Shown: positions 1 through 9,831 of the stretch, in pieces
How the letters are laid out: every line of letters starts with the position of its first letter
How positions within the stretch are numbered: the first letter of the stretch is position 1
Assembly (NCBI GenBank): GCA_963777605.1
Contig: CAVZRV010000035.1
Location: 128,001 to 192,000 of the forward strand
Length of the DNA stretch: 64,000 nucleotides
Origin: an uncultured Acidobacteriota bacterium
GTDB lineage: Bacteria; Acidobacteriota; UBA6911; RPQK01; JAPXNP01
Reading direction: 5' to 3'
The notes under the pieces: generated by a model
Told to the model about the DNA's origin: nothing
Seen by the model: only the letters and a program-made list of their open reading frames with translations
Databases searched by the model: none
Position numbers and translations under genes: made by a program

Positions 1-117
1 CGGTGCGAGGATGCTGAGCCGCGTTTTCCACTTTTCCATCAGGCCGAGTTCTTTTCTTTCTTTTTTGGCTCTTTTTTCTTTCTTTGCCATCCACACCGGT
101 TTTCCACATCGTGTGGA

Positions 118-939
118 TCAGGCCGCCTGCCGATGCACTTCTTCCGGGGTTCGATAGCCCAGACTCTGATGCGGCCTTCGGTGGTTGTACAGCCCGATCC
201 CTTGCCGGATCGCTTCCCGCGCTTGCGCCTTCGTCCGGAAACAACCCCCGATCCCGTACTCCTGCTTGAGGATCCCGTTCAGTCGTTCCGCCTGCGCATT
301 CTCATAACAGTGATTCTCCTCCGTCATGCTCACCTCCAGACCCCGCTTCTCCAGGATCCCGATGTAGTCCCGACAGCAGTACTGAATCCCCCGATCCGAG
401 TGATGCAGCGGCCGTTTCCCTTTCGGCAATTGCCGCACCGCCTGGCGCAAGGCCCGGCAACTCCCCTCCGCACGCAGACTCTCACTGACTTCCCAGCCCA
501 CGATCTTGCGGCTTACCTGGTCACTGATCAACGACAAATACAGAAACCCTTTGTCCGTCCGCACGTACGTCAGATCACTCACCCACGCCTCGTGCGGCCC
601 TTCGATCCGACGTTCCTTCAACCGGTTGCGGTACACTCGAAATCCATGCCGGCTGGCCGTCGTCCGCACCGTTCGGCGCCGTCTCTCAACCAGCAGTCCA
701 TGGCGGCGCAAGAGATCAAAAAACCGGTCCCGACCCAGTGCCACCCCCGCTTGTACCAGTTCCTTCTCCAGCAGGTGCAGCAGCTTGCGTCCTCCCAGTT
801 GCGGCTGTTGCCGCCGCTCCCGCTGCACCAGTTCCACCACCAGCGCTTCGTTGACCTGCTCGCGCTGCCGCTGCCGCTTCTCCCGGTAGTAGTTCTGCCG
901 GCTCATCCCTACTCGCCGGCACAACCCTGTCACCGTCAC
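118..939 (-). CDS. IS3-family transposase OrfB (HTH_21 + rve DDE core)
   Basis: Motifs WVSDLTYV, HHSDRGIQY, ENAQAERLNGILKQE and YNHRRPHQSLGY. Confidence 0.95.
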   Translation of the reverse strand: MTVTGLCRRVGMSRQNYYREKRQRQREQVNEALVVELVQRERRQQPQLGGRKLLHLLEKELVQAGVALGRDRFFDLLRRHGLLVERRRRTVRTTASRHGFRVYRNRLKERRIEGPHEAWVSDLTYVRTDKGFLYLSLISDQVSRKIVGWEVSESLRAEGSCRALRQAVRQLPKGKRPLHHSDRGIQYCCRDYIGILEKRGLEVSMTEENHCYENAQAERLNGILKQEYGIGGCFRTKAQAREAIRQGIGLYNHRRPHQSLGYRTPEEVHRQAA

Positions 940-1340
940 CCCCGTCGCGTTCCCCCCTGCATGTCCTTTTCGAACAGCCGCCGATCGGCGTTTTTTTTAA
1001 ACTCTTCCACGTCCGTGATCCCAAACTCCTCACAGGCCAGTTCGAAGTACGCTTTACTCAACACCTTGTCCAGGTTCGCCTCCGTCAACGCCTTCTCCAG
1101 CTGCCTTACCCGTTTCTCCAATGCTTCGATTCGATCGCGTTCTCCCATGCGTTCCACCCTAACAACTTTCGGCAGCAGGTGTTCCCGTCCGTACTTCTTC
1201 AACCATTTCGGAACCGTATCGCCCCCCTTGATCCCGTACTTGCGCCTCACCTCCTGGATCGATCCATACCGCCCCGATTCCAGTTCCTCCACCACCTGCC
1301 GCTTGAACGCTTCGCTGTACCGGATGACTCGCTGCTCCAT
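936..1340 (-). CDS. IS3-family transposase OrfA (HTH)
   Basis: YSEAFKRQVVEE...WLKKYG HTH followed by a coiled coil; GTGA overlap with orfB. Confidence 0.92.
   Translation of the reverse strand: MEQRVIRYSEAFKRQVVEELESGRYGSIQEVRRKYGIKGGDTVPKWLKKYGREHLLPKVVRVERMGERDRIEALEKRVRQLEKALTEANLDKVLSKAYFELACEEFGITDVEEFKKNADRRLFEKDMQGGTRRG
975..998 (-). promoter_or_regulatory. Programmed -1 frameshift signal (A AAA AAC plus downstream GCCGATCGGC palindrome)
   Basis: Slippery heptamer in the orfA frame; the -1 frame is open from here (KKRRSAAVRKGHAGGNATGV) into orfB. Confidence 0.75.
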
Positions 1341-1474
1341 GTCCTGTCCTTTCGTTTTCGTGTCAACCTATTTCAGGACAAGACAAAGACGACAGACATC
1401 GCACTTCACACTTCGAATTTCGCACTTTGGCCAACTGCCTGGGACGGATCCTCAGCACTCGTTGCCTACACGCC

Positions 1475-2332
1475 CTAATGGGGGTCCTGAAGCCCCTGAA
1501 GAAGGGCCTGAAGAAGGAGGAGGACATCGTCAAAGGCGGGCGCTGGCCGTCCCTTTCGCATCCCCAGTGCAAGCGCAAAATCGGACTTGGCGTCGATCTG
1601 GCCGGAGAGGACCCTTACAAGATCGCTCACCGTTGCCGCGGAAGCAACGGCAGAAATGTCACGACCGAGAAGGCGCGCCCCGACCCGCTCATAGTCAAAA
1701 TCATCTTCACTCGCCAGGTCCGGGTGCTGATCCCAGAGCCGCTCGGCGTTACCGGCATCAAGGTAGTTGCGGAGAATCAGGAATAGATCAATGGCATCTC
1801 GGTCCCGACCGGTCTCACGATCGCTCCAGGCCGAGAGCTTCAGGATGGCAAGTCCGACCAATGACGCCACAAAGATATCAATGGCTGGGTCATCCCTGAT
1901 CCGGACCAGATGGCAACAGGCGAAGGCATCCTCAAATCCCGTCACATCCATCCGAACCGCTTGATCAGGGGGCCAGGCGATTACGTCTTCAGGTTGGGCG
2001 ATCTCACCAAAGGGCACCAAATCGACGGGGAGGGTGTCCCTGAACCGGAGGCACTGCATCTGGCGAGTCTCCTGAAACTCTCCAAGTGCGAGTAGACCTC
2101 GGCGAAGATCTTCATACTCCGCCCAACTGGACACCTGGACTCCAAAATCGATGTCGACCGTGGCTCGGTGACTCTTGATGCCATGGGCGAAAGTGAGTAT
2201 GAGATCCCGAGCGTAGGCGCCGACCAGGAAGAAGGGGACATTCTGCTCCGACGCGACGTGGTGGAGCGCTGCCACGAGATCGACGGTCTCCCGGTCAATC
2301 TGTCCCGAGAGGTTCAGCAATTTCCTGTTCAT
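1475..2332 (-). CDS. Type IV TA nucleotidyltransferase toxin (AbiEii/AbiGii-like, COG4849-type)
   Basis: FFLVGAYARD...RATVDIDFGV Pol-beta NTase motif, LKLSAWSDR and DAIDL; overlaps the antitoxin gene. Confidence 0.85.
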   Translation of the reverse strand: MNRKLLNLSGQIDRETVDLVAALHHVASEQNVPFFLVGAYARDLILTFAHGIKSHRATVDIDFGVQVSSWAEYEDLRRGLLALGEFQETRQMQCLRFRDTLPVDLVPFGEIAQPEDVIAWPPDQAVRMDVTGFEDAFACCHLVRIRDDPAIDIFVASLVGLAILKLSAWSDRETGRDRDAIDLFLILRNYLDAGNAERLWDQHPDLASEDDFDYERVGARLLGRDISAVASAATVSDLVRVLSGQIDAKSDFALALGMRKGRPAPAFDDVLLLLQALLQGLQDPH

Positions 2333-3341
2333 AGAGAAGTTTCGCGATTTCGATATTTCTGGGGTCTCCAGTTGCCATTAGATCGGCGTAGGCCAAGATC
2401 GGCGGAACGAGTTCCTCGTCGTTGTAGTCTAGAGCCCCGTCCCAAAAGACCCGGAGGAGTTCCGTCTCACCATTCGGGTCCTTACGAAGCCGGTTCTTCA
2501 ATTGGATTTCCTGGAAAGCCTCCCTGCAGTAGACCGTCACCAACTCGGGGCGCAGGTGCCGGGTGAGTCGGGCAGCCGCAATCTCCCCTCCCCAATAGGT
2601 CTTACCTCGGTCCAGGGGCGTAGCGGTTTTCCACCAGTCGGGGTTCGCGGCGCGAAACCGCCCGAAAACGAGCTTCGGACGCAGTTGCTCGGGGTAGGCG
2701 GCAATCCAGCGGTCCAGCAGTTGCCTTCGATTGCGGAGTCTGCGCCTCCCCTTTTGAACTTCGACCACGAAACCGAGCGTTTTAAGATCCCGGATCACCC
2801 AGTTAATGGTTCCGAGGGCAACATCGGCAAGTTCAGCAATTTCGCGATAGGGCGCCGCGGCAAGGGTTGGTCGACAGAGAAAGGCAAACACCACCTTGAG
2901 GCCCGTTGTCTGAAACGCTCGGGCGTGTGTTGGAGTCTGCAGATCGCGCGGTGGCCGGTTCCCTTTGACATAGACATAGACCGGCGGGGCGTTGAGATAG
3001 GCATTTCCCACCGTGTCAATGAAAGCGATATTGAGCGTTCGGAAACGCTCGGCCATCTGCGGATTGACGTAGGTGGTCACCAGGCAGGCCGGTTTCTCCA
3101 GATGAGCAAATCGGTTCTTGATCGTCCCGAGCATGGCGGTGTTGATCCGGGCTTTGACCTCCACCAGGAACCCGCCCTCTAAATCTTGATCTGGAAGGAC
3201 CAGAGCGGCATCGACTTGGAGGGGAGGCGGGCCCAGCCGTTGATTCCTGCCCAGCTCTAGACGCAATCCGGTGGTGTCGTGGAAAGCCTCCAGGGCCCTC
3301 TCCAGCAGTCCTGCCTCGTCGGCAACTCGGTTCGTGTCCAT
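2295..3341 (-). CDS. Type IV TA antitoxin, AbiEi-like (COG4861-type wHTH protein)
   Basis: AFIDTVGNAYL, HTH YREIAELADVALGT, WGGEIAAARLT and PILAYADLMATGDPRN; coupled upstream of the NTase. Confidence 0.85.
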   Translation of the reverse strand: MDTNRVADEAGLLERALEAFHDTTGLRLELGRNQRLGPPPLQVDAALVLPDQDLEGGFLVEVKARINTAMLGTIKNRFAHLEKPACLVTTYVNPQMAERFRTLNIAFIDTVGNAYLNAPPVYVYVKGNRPPRDLQTPTHARAFQTTGLKVVFAFLCRPTLAAAPYREIAELADVALGTINWVIRDLKTLGFVVEVQKGRRRLRNRRQLLDRWIAAYPEQLRPKLVFGRFRAANPDWWKTATPLDRGKTYWGGEIAAARLTRHLRPELVTVYCREAFQEIQLKNRLRKDPNGETELLRVFWDGALDYNDEELVPPILAYADLMATGDPRNIEIAKLLYEQEIAEPLGTD

Positions 3342-3361
3342 TGTTGTTCATTTCCTGGCAT

Positions 3362-3461
3362 CGTTCACGATCAGTGAACGCATGAGGAGAGTGAACACGC
3401 CTTTCTCGCAAGAACTCAAAATCGCGTGTTCACTATATTAGCTCGTTCATGAATAATGAAC
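3362..3461. promoter_or_regulatory. Two GTTCA-N7-TGAAC inverted repeats, putative antitoxin operators
   Basis: GTTCAcgatcagTGAAC at 3363-3379 and GTTCAtgaataaTGAAC at 3445-3461, plus half-sites, in the AT-rich region upstream of the antitoxin. Confidence 0.65.
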
Positions 3462-3694
3462 AATGATAAATTGTGCACATTCAAACACAGACCGCTGAGT
3501 TCCGTGGGAAACAGATGGGAGACAGTCTCCAGTTGGACCTGTAAGCGGTGAGCGAGAGATTGGCGTAAGACGTTGATTCTAAATGCCCGGAACGGGAAAG
3601 TGTCGAAGCCTCGCCCGACGGCATATCTCATGATTCTCCAGAAGCCATTGCACCAGGCAATCCACCGAACCAGTGAGCCGAAGGCGAACATTTG

Positions 3695-3979
3695 GGCGGT
3701 AGCTCCATCCGGCTGGATGCTCCAGCCAAATCTGCGGGCGAGTGCACGGGCCACCTGGTCCATCTCTGGAGACAGTCGCCGCTCCAAGAGCGCGCTCTCG
3801 CGAGGGTAGTCGTAAACCCCGCGCATCACCCTCCGAATCCGGCCCAGCTGCTCCAGGCGGTGGAGACTGAGGCGGGCCGCCTCACGGCTCCCGAAATGGG
3901 TGAAATCGATTCCGGAAAAAGCCCACCCCCTGCCCATCCCGCATATCTTTCTAAGCACCCTATTTATAACGGCTTCCAC
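3695..3979 (-). pseudogene. Truncated DUF6088/AbiEi-like antitoxin
   Basis: GRGWAFSGIDF...LHRLEQLGRIRRVMRGVYDYP...VARALARRFGWSIQPDGATA. Similarity stops where the ANxLGLSTQVP motif should follow, and no cognate toxin is present. Confidence 0.7.
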
Positions 3980-3996
3980 AATTTCCAACCGATGAT

Positions 3997-4030
3997 CCTG
4001 TAACGAAAAGATTAGGTTTTTCGTTACAGG
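3997..4030. promoter_or_regulatory. Perfect inverted repeat CCTGTAACGAAAA-N8-TTTTCGTTACAGG (putative operator of the DUF6088 remnant)
   Basis: 13-bp arms directly upstream of the GTG start at 3979. Confidence 0.6.
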
Positions 4031-4574
4031 GAACCTCGCTTGCACCTAGGCTATCGCACGAAGGCCAGCCGGCAGGTCGCTCCAAACGTCGGCCAGATCG
4101 TCCGCCAGATCGCCAACCATGAACTCAAGGCTTTCGGATCGGTTCGAATGCATTCCACCGTTCCGGCACCCACCGACCGCCATCGATCGATCGAACCATC
4201 TCGAGAAGCGACGCTCCGCGCTCAGGCGACGCCAGACACCGCGTAGACCAGGCTTCGATTTCAAGCAACCTTCGCGTTCTTCGGCTCATCCAGGCTTCTC
4301 TTATTTCTCTGAATGGGAGGAAGATTCTCTTCCCCTGACGTCGGTTTCCATGCCGAATTCATTCTGCCGGACCGCGAGGGTGGACGCACGTCCATTTTCT
4401 CTTGAGTTCTCACCCTGGCTTTCCATGAAGCGGATGCGGACCGTTTGATCGGTGGCTCGATTAACTGAGATCTCCTGGATAAAGTCCGACAAAGGTCTGG
4501 TTTTTGGGAGTCGCGATTGCTATATTGAGCCCGCGACGGATTTGGGGGGAGATCGCAAGAGGAGGGTTTCTGCC

Positions 4575-5744
4575 ATGCGTGCCCCGCGAATCTTTGTACT
4601 GCCTGCGCTCCTGTGGATCCTGGTCCCGGGATCCGTCCTCCACGCCCAACTAGAGTTCATTGAAAGGAACAGGAAATTGACCAGTCGAACCTTCGGGCTC
4701 TTGATCTGCATTCTGGTTTTCTTTGCCCACTCCGCGCAGGGCCAGATAACCAAGTTCAGTTGCGACAACATTACCAATCGCGTGATTCACGTACCTCACA
4801 TGGTGGTGGGACGGGCCGCCGGTGTTGACTACAGCACAACCGTCACTATCTCCAACGCCGGGACGGAATCGGCCGACATTAAGGTGTCGCACGCATGGGA
4901 CATTCGCGGCACGGAACCCGTCGAGGATAATGAACTCGCGCCGGGAGCGACCCGGGTGATCGAGTTCCAGCCGGACGGGGAGGAACCGGTGGAGGGCGGC
5001 TGGCTGAGGGTCAAGACGGATGGAACCCTGTCCGTCGTGGCGCACATACAGGGGGAGGCTGCCGACGGATCGATCGTGAGCGAGGTCTCCGTACCGGGAG
5101 TCGAACCGGGCTCAAAATTCTCGTTTCCGGTTTTCCGCAACGACTTCCTGGCCGACAATACGGGCGTCGCGATCAGCAGCCCGGCCGGTGGACTCATCCT
5201 GGCGGAACTTCGCGACCTCGACGGTAACCTGATTGCGACCCGCGAGTTGGCGGCTCAATCGGAGAGTTGTGAGCCGAATCGGGAACCGCCCCTTCCTCCG
5301 ATCTGCTATCAGAGCCCCGACTTCTGGAGTCGCTACGCAGTCCTGTTACAGGAACTGTTCAACGACCTTCCGGAAGGATTCCAGCGAGGGTTTCTGACCC
5401 TGGAGCATACGTCCTACCTGGGAAGCGACGACATGAGGGTCGGTCCGCAGTTCCCCTTTGGCATGGCAGTCGTCGCGCTTTACACCAACGGGCTGGACCT
5501 GCGGGCCGCGCCGGCGACCCCGATAGACATCCCGGTTCGCTTCGAAGTGGCGATCCGTGCCCAGGCCGATGCCGCGGATCTGCTCTCATCTTATGGGCTT
5601 TCCATCGAGCGCCAGATAGAGTTTTCGTCGGTCACCCGCGCGTTCGTGGACAGCACCGTCGCAACAGCGAGGGTTCTGGCGGTAAATCCGCAGGTGAACT
5701 CGGTCTGCTTCGACCCTCTGGAACTGGATGAGGTGACGCCTTGA
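4575..5744 (+). CDS. Secreted paralogue P1: shared module plus C-terminal protease-propeptide(I9)-like segment
   Basis: AGGAGG before ATG 4575 and a second in-frame TTG 4677 with AGGA; signal peptide(s); module motifs GGWLRV, NTGVAI and LQELF. Confidence 0.8.
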   Translation: MRAPRIFVLPALLWILVPGSVLHAQLEFIERNRKLTSRTFGLLICILVFFAHSAQGQITKFSCDNITNRVIHVPHMVVGRAAGVDYSTTVTISNAGTESADIKVSHAWDIRGTEPVEDNELAPGATRVIEFQPDGEEPVEGGWLRVKTDGTLSVVAHIQGEAADGSIVSEVSVPGVEPGSKFSFPVFRNDFLADNTGVAISSPAGGLILAELRDLDGNLIATRELAAQSESCEPNREPPLPPICYQSPDFWSRYAVLLQELFNDLPEGFQRGFLTLEHTSYLGSDDMRVGPQFPFGMAVVALYTNGLDLRAAPATPIDIPVRFEVAIRAQADAADLLSSYGLSIERQIEFSSVTRAFVDSTVATARVLAVNPQVNSVCFDPLELDEVTP

Positions 5745-6139
5745 AATCTGATCGGTGCCTTGGATTCAGGATTCAGGCGGCAAGAAGACCTTGTGGAATT
5801 GAATCTTTCGCGCTTTTGCAGGGCGAACACTGGGTCAGATTGGCGGGGCGGATTGTCCCGGCGGTGTGTCACTTGTAGGCCTTTGGAGTTGGAACGAATC
5901 GCAAGCATGGCTCCTTCTCAAGAAGCCCTGACAGAAATCAAGAGGTTGTATTTACAGGAATGGGTGTTTCGAAGCTCGCCCAAGTTGCTTTGGAATGCGA
6001 TGTACATAGAACGTAAGCTGGCGTTGGCACGGTCAGTCCGAAACGTTCCACTCGGGGCGCTGGAATCTTCTCTCGATGGCACGGATTGACCGCTTGCCGC
6101 CTGGGGCTTGGCGCCGGACAAAGGGAGGAGAATTTCACA

Positions 6140-7468
6140 ATGAAGCGATGGGGCAGATCTTTCACTTACGCATTTTTGGTTTTGGTATTGACCTTGCTCG
6201 GAGCGGTTCCAGCGATCGCCCAGCCCTATGATTGGGGACCGTTTGACTTCGGTGAGGACTGGGTTGCATTGGTACCTCCGCCCCTGCCTGCGGGCCTGAG
6301 TGCCAGGCATGTCTTTGAGGACTGGGGCGTGACGATTTCAAGCGAATCGGTCCAGGGCCCTCGGATGGGCACGCTCTCCGAGATCCCAGAGGTTAACTAC
6401 GAAGGTTGGATTGTGGCTCCAGTGATTCTCAACGGCTCGGAGTCAGAAGTCGGTGCGGGAAGCATGACCATCAATTTTGATGAACCCGTGCGACGAGTTT
6501 CTTTGAATATGGGAGCCGAGTCTGAAACCAACATAGTCGCACGGTTCTTCGATCGGAGTGGCGCTCTCCTCGGCGAGGTGACTCGTCCGCTATACGGCAT
6601 CTATCCGGGAGAGTTCGCCCTGGAGGACGCCGACGGATCCGGGATCGTTCGAGTTGAAGTGGAGAACGAGCAACCGGATGTCCCCGAGGCGCTCAATCTC
6701 ATTCTCGCCGAATATGTCGAACCGCGTCCGTTCCAGCGATGTGTCTCTCAGGTGGCGCAGGGTGCGCTGCCGTTCGGAGACCGAACCCTCCAAACACTGC
6801 TGACGATCACAGGGTCGTGGAACAGCACGTTTTTCAGGATCCCGGATGGACAGGCTCAGATCTACTCTCTTGAATTCCGAGATCCTGAGGGTGCTCCGTT
6901 AATAGTCAACCTCGATGGGACTGTGAACAGCGAGTTCGAGTTACTTTCTAGCGGTTATATGCATCGTTTCTTGGAATCACTCATTCTTCGGACTTTGGAC
7001 TCCGGCAAACCACTGGACCAGGGGTATGTCTGCGCCACTTCCAAATATCCCTTCGAACTGGCGACGGTTTACCGGATTCTCGATTCAACCAGGGCTCCTC
7101 TCGCAGAAGCGGGAATCGACAGCTCCATTCCCGGCCAAAGTTTTACCGGCGTTTTCGAAAAGACGATTGCCGAGGATACGAATACGGCGCTGGCGCTGGC
7201 AAATGTCTCGGACAGCGAGGCGACGGCAAGTGTCACGTTCTTCATGAGTCCCAACACGACAATGGAAGCGGACGTGGTCCTCGGTCCGGGAGAGCAGGGC
7301 GCCTGGTTTGCGGACGAACTGGCGGAAGCGTTGTCCGGCCGCGATACCGAAGGGACGGTCGAGATCGTCTCGGATCAGCCGGTCGCGGCGACGATCCTCC
7401 GGACCATTCAGGGCGTCGTCTCGGCCAGTCTTCCGCTACGAAGGGTCCCCGCTGGACCGGCGAAATGA
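6140..7468 (+). CDS. Secreted paralogue P2: N-terminal beta domain plus shared module
   Basis: GGAGGAG RBS; signal peptide ending AIA-Q; EAGID, NTALALAN, PGEQGAWFADEL and SDQPVAATILRT. Confidence 0.85.
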   Translation: MKRWGRSFTYAFLVLVLTLLGAVPAIAQPYDWGPFDFGEDWVALVPPPLPAGLSARHVFEDWGVTISSESVQGPRMGTLSEIPEVNYEGWIVAPVILNGSESEVGAGSMTINFDEPVRRVSLNMGAESETNIVARFFDRSGALLGEVTRPLYGIYPGEFALEDADGSGIVRVEVENEQPDVPEALNLILAEYVEPRPFQRCVSQVAQGALPFGDRTLQTLLTITGSWNSTFFRIPDGQAQIYSLEFRDPEGAPLIVNLDGTVNSEFELLSSGYMHRFLESLILRTLDSGKPLDQGYVCATSKYPFELATVYRILDSTRAPLAEAGIDSSIPGQSFTGVFEKTIAEDTNTALALANVSDSEATASVTFFMSPNTTMEADVVLGPGEQGAWFADELAEALSGRDTEGTVEIVSDQPVAATILRTIQGVVSASLPLRRVPAGPAK

Positions 7469-7500
7469 TTACGGGAGATGGAAGCAGCAAGGAGGTGTGT

Positions 7501-8387
7501 ATGGCACGCGGTATTTTCTGTTCACTGATGTTGATCTGCTTTTCTGGAGTTCCTCCGGCTCTGGCGCAAGAGACTGAGGAGTCGCCGATCGAGCTGATCT
7601 TTCCGATCGTCCACAGCCGGTTCGTTGAGGGTGCGGTCAACCTGCAGACGACATTCACCTTTCTCAACTTGTCTGACAGCACGGCTCAAGGAACGTTTCG
7701 AGCCTACGAGAGTAATGGGACTCCCAAACGTATCCTTGATATCTGTTCTCCAGACCCTTGGATAGACCCTGACCTCGACGATGTGGACAAGGAGATCGAA
7801 ATTCGGCCAGCCGGAAGCATCACCTTGAGACAATCGCGTTCAGTTCCGGCAAACTCCCGGAATTCTCCGGCTGGGCTCGGCTCATTCTGGACAAGTCCGT
7901 TCCGGTTCAAGGGACGGGCCAAGTGATCCTGCGCGATACCCCGAATGGTTGCCTGGTCCTCTCCGGATCTGCAGTTGACCTCTCTGTCTCTCAACTTGCC
8001 GACGGTGAAACCATTCTCTATCGAGAAGCCGTGGAAGTGCCCGCACTGGTGCCGGGGAAGCGGTTCAAGGCGGCGGTGACCAGCCGCGCGCGTGGGGAAA
8101 GCTCGTTCTCGATTGTGAATCCGTCTGAAACGGAAACTGCTCGTGTCACGATGAGGTTTACAAATGGAGGCGGCGAGGAAACGGGGACGAGGGCACTGAC
8201 GATACCCCCTCTCAACAGTACGGCGGGATACATCGGCGAGCTTGGGGACGGTCCCGAAATTCCCATTTATGGCGTGGGAACGGTCACGTTTGAAAGTGAG
8301 ATCCCGATTGCCGTCGGCGGGATCCTGAGTCTTCCCCTGGACGGGCTGTGGGTTGGAACGACGATCGCCCCCCTGCCGGCGGAGTAA
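7501..8387 (+). CDS. Secreted paralogue P3: module only, frameshift near 7828
   Basis: AAGGAGG RBS and signal peptide ALA-Q. The GWARL motif continues in the frame of ORF 7923..8387. Confidence 0.75.
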
Positions 8388-8496
8388 CGCTCATCAGGAT
8401 GGCAAGTCGGCTTAGATTGACTCGCCTTCCGAGTTCGGGAGAACAGAAAGCCTGCGCCGTGAAGAAGCTGTCGTCGAAAGAGAGTTCGGAGCACTC

Positions 8497-9831
8497 ATGA
8501 AGATTCACAAGGTTTTCTTTCTGGTGGGCAGTGTCTTTGCCCTGCTCTCAGCCGTTGCGCTAAGTCCCGTTCATGCCGAGGTCCGGACAACGACGCCCGA
8601 TGCCTTCGGTCAAGACTCTGTCAGCCTGGATTTCTCAAATGCCACGCTCCTGAACTTCGTCCAAGGGGGCGGGGAAGGTCCCGAGGCCACTGATCTCCTG
8701 GCGGACTGGGGGATTCGGCTGGCCGGATCTCAGGGGGTGAATCCAAGGGTGACCTGGTGGACTCCCAAGCCGCCACCGAACGTCCTGCCTCGCTATGATT
8801 TCGTTGCCGAGTTGGCGGCCGACAATGCTGAGGAGGATCCGGTTCTGGTCATCGAATCGGTCCACCCTTTGGTCCGGATCGGGTTGAATTTGGCGAACGA
8901 CTCGGAGGGGGAATCCGGAGGCCTGCTCCCGGTCACTTTCACGGTTCAGGACGCCGCAGGAGCGGAACTGGGCAGGATTGAGACGACCATTCCGCGAGGC
9001 TCCTCGTCTGTCGTTCTGGAAGACAGCAACCAGGTGCCTTTCTCCAGGGTGACGGTCGACTACGGAGACGGCGAGCCGGAGAAACTCCTCGGAGTCCAAC
9101 TGGACTTTGTCGACCGGCCTGTTTTCAAGACCTATCTGGCCCATATCGGCGACGGCAAGCTCCCGAGTGGGGAGAGCCTGAAAAGCTCGATCGTCATCAC
9201 CAATCTCAGCACCTCTACCGCCGAGGGATCCATCGAATTCTTCGACGACGAGGGGGAACCGCTCGACATGGAGACACCTTGGGGAACCTGGCGGAACCGG
9301 ATTGATTTTTCCATTTCAGAACGATCCTCGGCGTACTGGATAACGGCAGGCATGACCTATTCGATCCGGGCCGGCTCGGCTCACATCACGACCAATGTGC
9401 CGGTTTCGGCCGCGATCCGCTTTTCGAGCTTCCATCCCAACCAGGAGGTGATCGCCGAGGCCGGTATCGCGTCGAGTCGGGCGGAACAGGCTTTGCTCGC
9501 TCCGGTCTCCAAGCATTCCTTCTCAGGGTTCGTGGGAGGAGGCCTCCCACCTCCGAAGCCCTACTCCACCGCGATCGCGATCGCCAATCTTGCGGATGAA
9601 ACGGTTGAGATTCGGCTCTGGGGCCCCTTGGGCGGCTCGGACGTCGAGAGAGAACTCCCTCCCCGTGGTCATCTCGCCGAGTTTGTGGAGGAGCTGTTTC
9701 CCGCCATGGAGGATGCCGATCTGGACGGTGTCGTTCAGATCTGGGCCTCTCAACCGATCGCGGTCACCGTGCTTCACACTCGAGACGGCTATGCACACGC
9801 AAGTCTACCCGCTACGGGGAGGATCAGATGA
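8497..9831 (+). CDS. Secreted paralogue P4: same architecture as P2
   Basis: Signal peptide VHA-E; EAGIASS, STAIAIAN, PPRGHLAEFVEELFP and SQPIAVTVLHT. Confidence 0.85.
   Translation: MKIHKVFFLVGSVFALLSAVALSPVHAEVRTTTPDAFGQDSVSLDFSNATLLNFVQGGGEGPEATDLLADWGIRLAGSQGVNPRVTWWTPKPPPNVLPRYDFVAELAADNAEEDPVLVIESVHPLVRIGLNLANDSEGESGGLLPVTFTVQDAAGAELGRIETTIPRGSSSVVLEDSNQVPFSRVTVDYGDGEPEKLLGVQLDFVDRPVFKTYLAHIGDGKLPSGESLKSSIVITNLSTSTAEGSIEFFDDEGEPLDMETPWGTWRNRIDFSISERSSAYWITAGMTYSIRAGSAHITTNVPVSAAIRFSSFHPNQEVIAEAGIASSRAEQALLAPVSKHSFSGFVGGGLPPPKPYSTAIAIANLADETVEIRLWGPLGGSDVERELPPRGHLAEFVEELFPAMEDADLDGVVQIWASQPIAVTVLHTRDGYAHASLPATGRIR

Larger units (their letters stand above)
1..1385 (-). mobile_element. 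IS3-family insertion sequence (far end probably outside the window)
   Basis: orfA/orfB pair on the minus strand. Candidate terminal IR TGTCTTGTCCTGAAATAGGTTGACA (minus strand, 1385-1361) begins with TG as in IS3 elements; no matching IR seen in 1-117. Confidence 0.88.

Noticed and set aside
1395-1428. Short heptamer-like repeats (CGCACTT/CACACTT/CGAATTT)
   Set aside because: Too short and degenerate to support a feature beyond a low-complexity intergenic repeat at the IS flank.
133-1899. 588-aa plus-strand ORF
   Set aside because: Antisense shadow of the IS3 and toxin genes; crosses an element boundary and has no motifs.
4046-4492. Short minus-strand ORFs upstream of the array
   Set aside because: No recognisable motifs or start signals.
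5760-6089. Small ORF between P1 and P2 (MAPSQEALTEIKRLY...)
   Set aside because: Could be a remnant, but no convincing family match or RBS; left uncalled.
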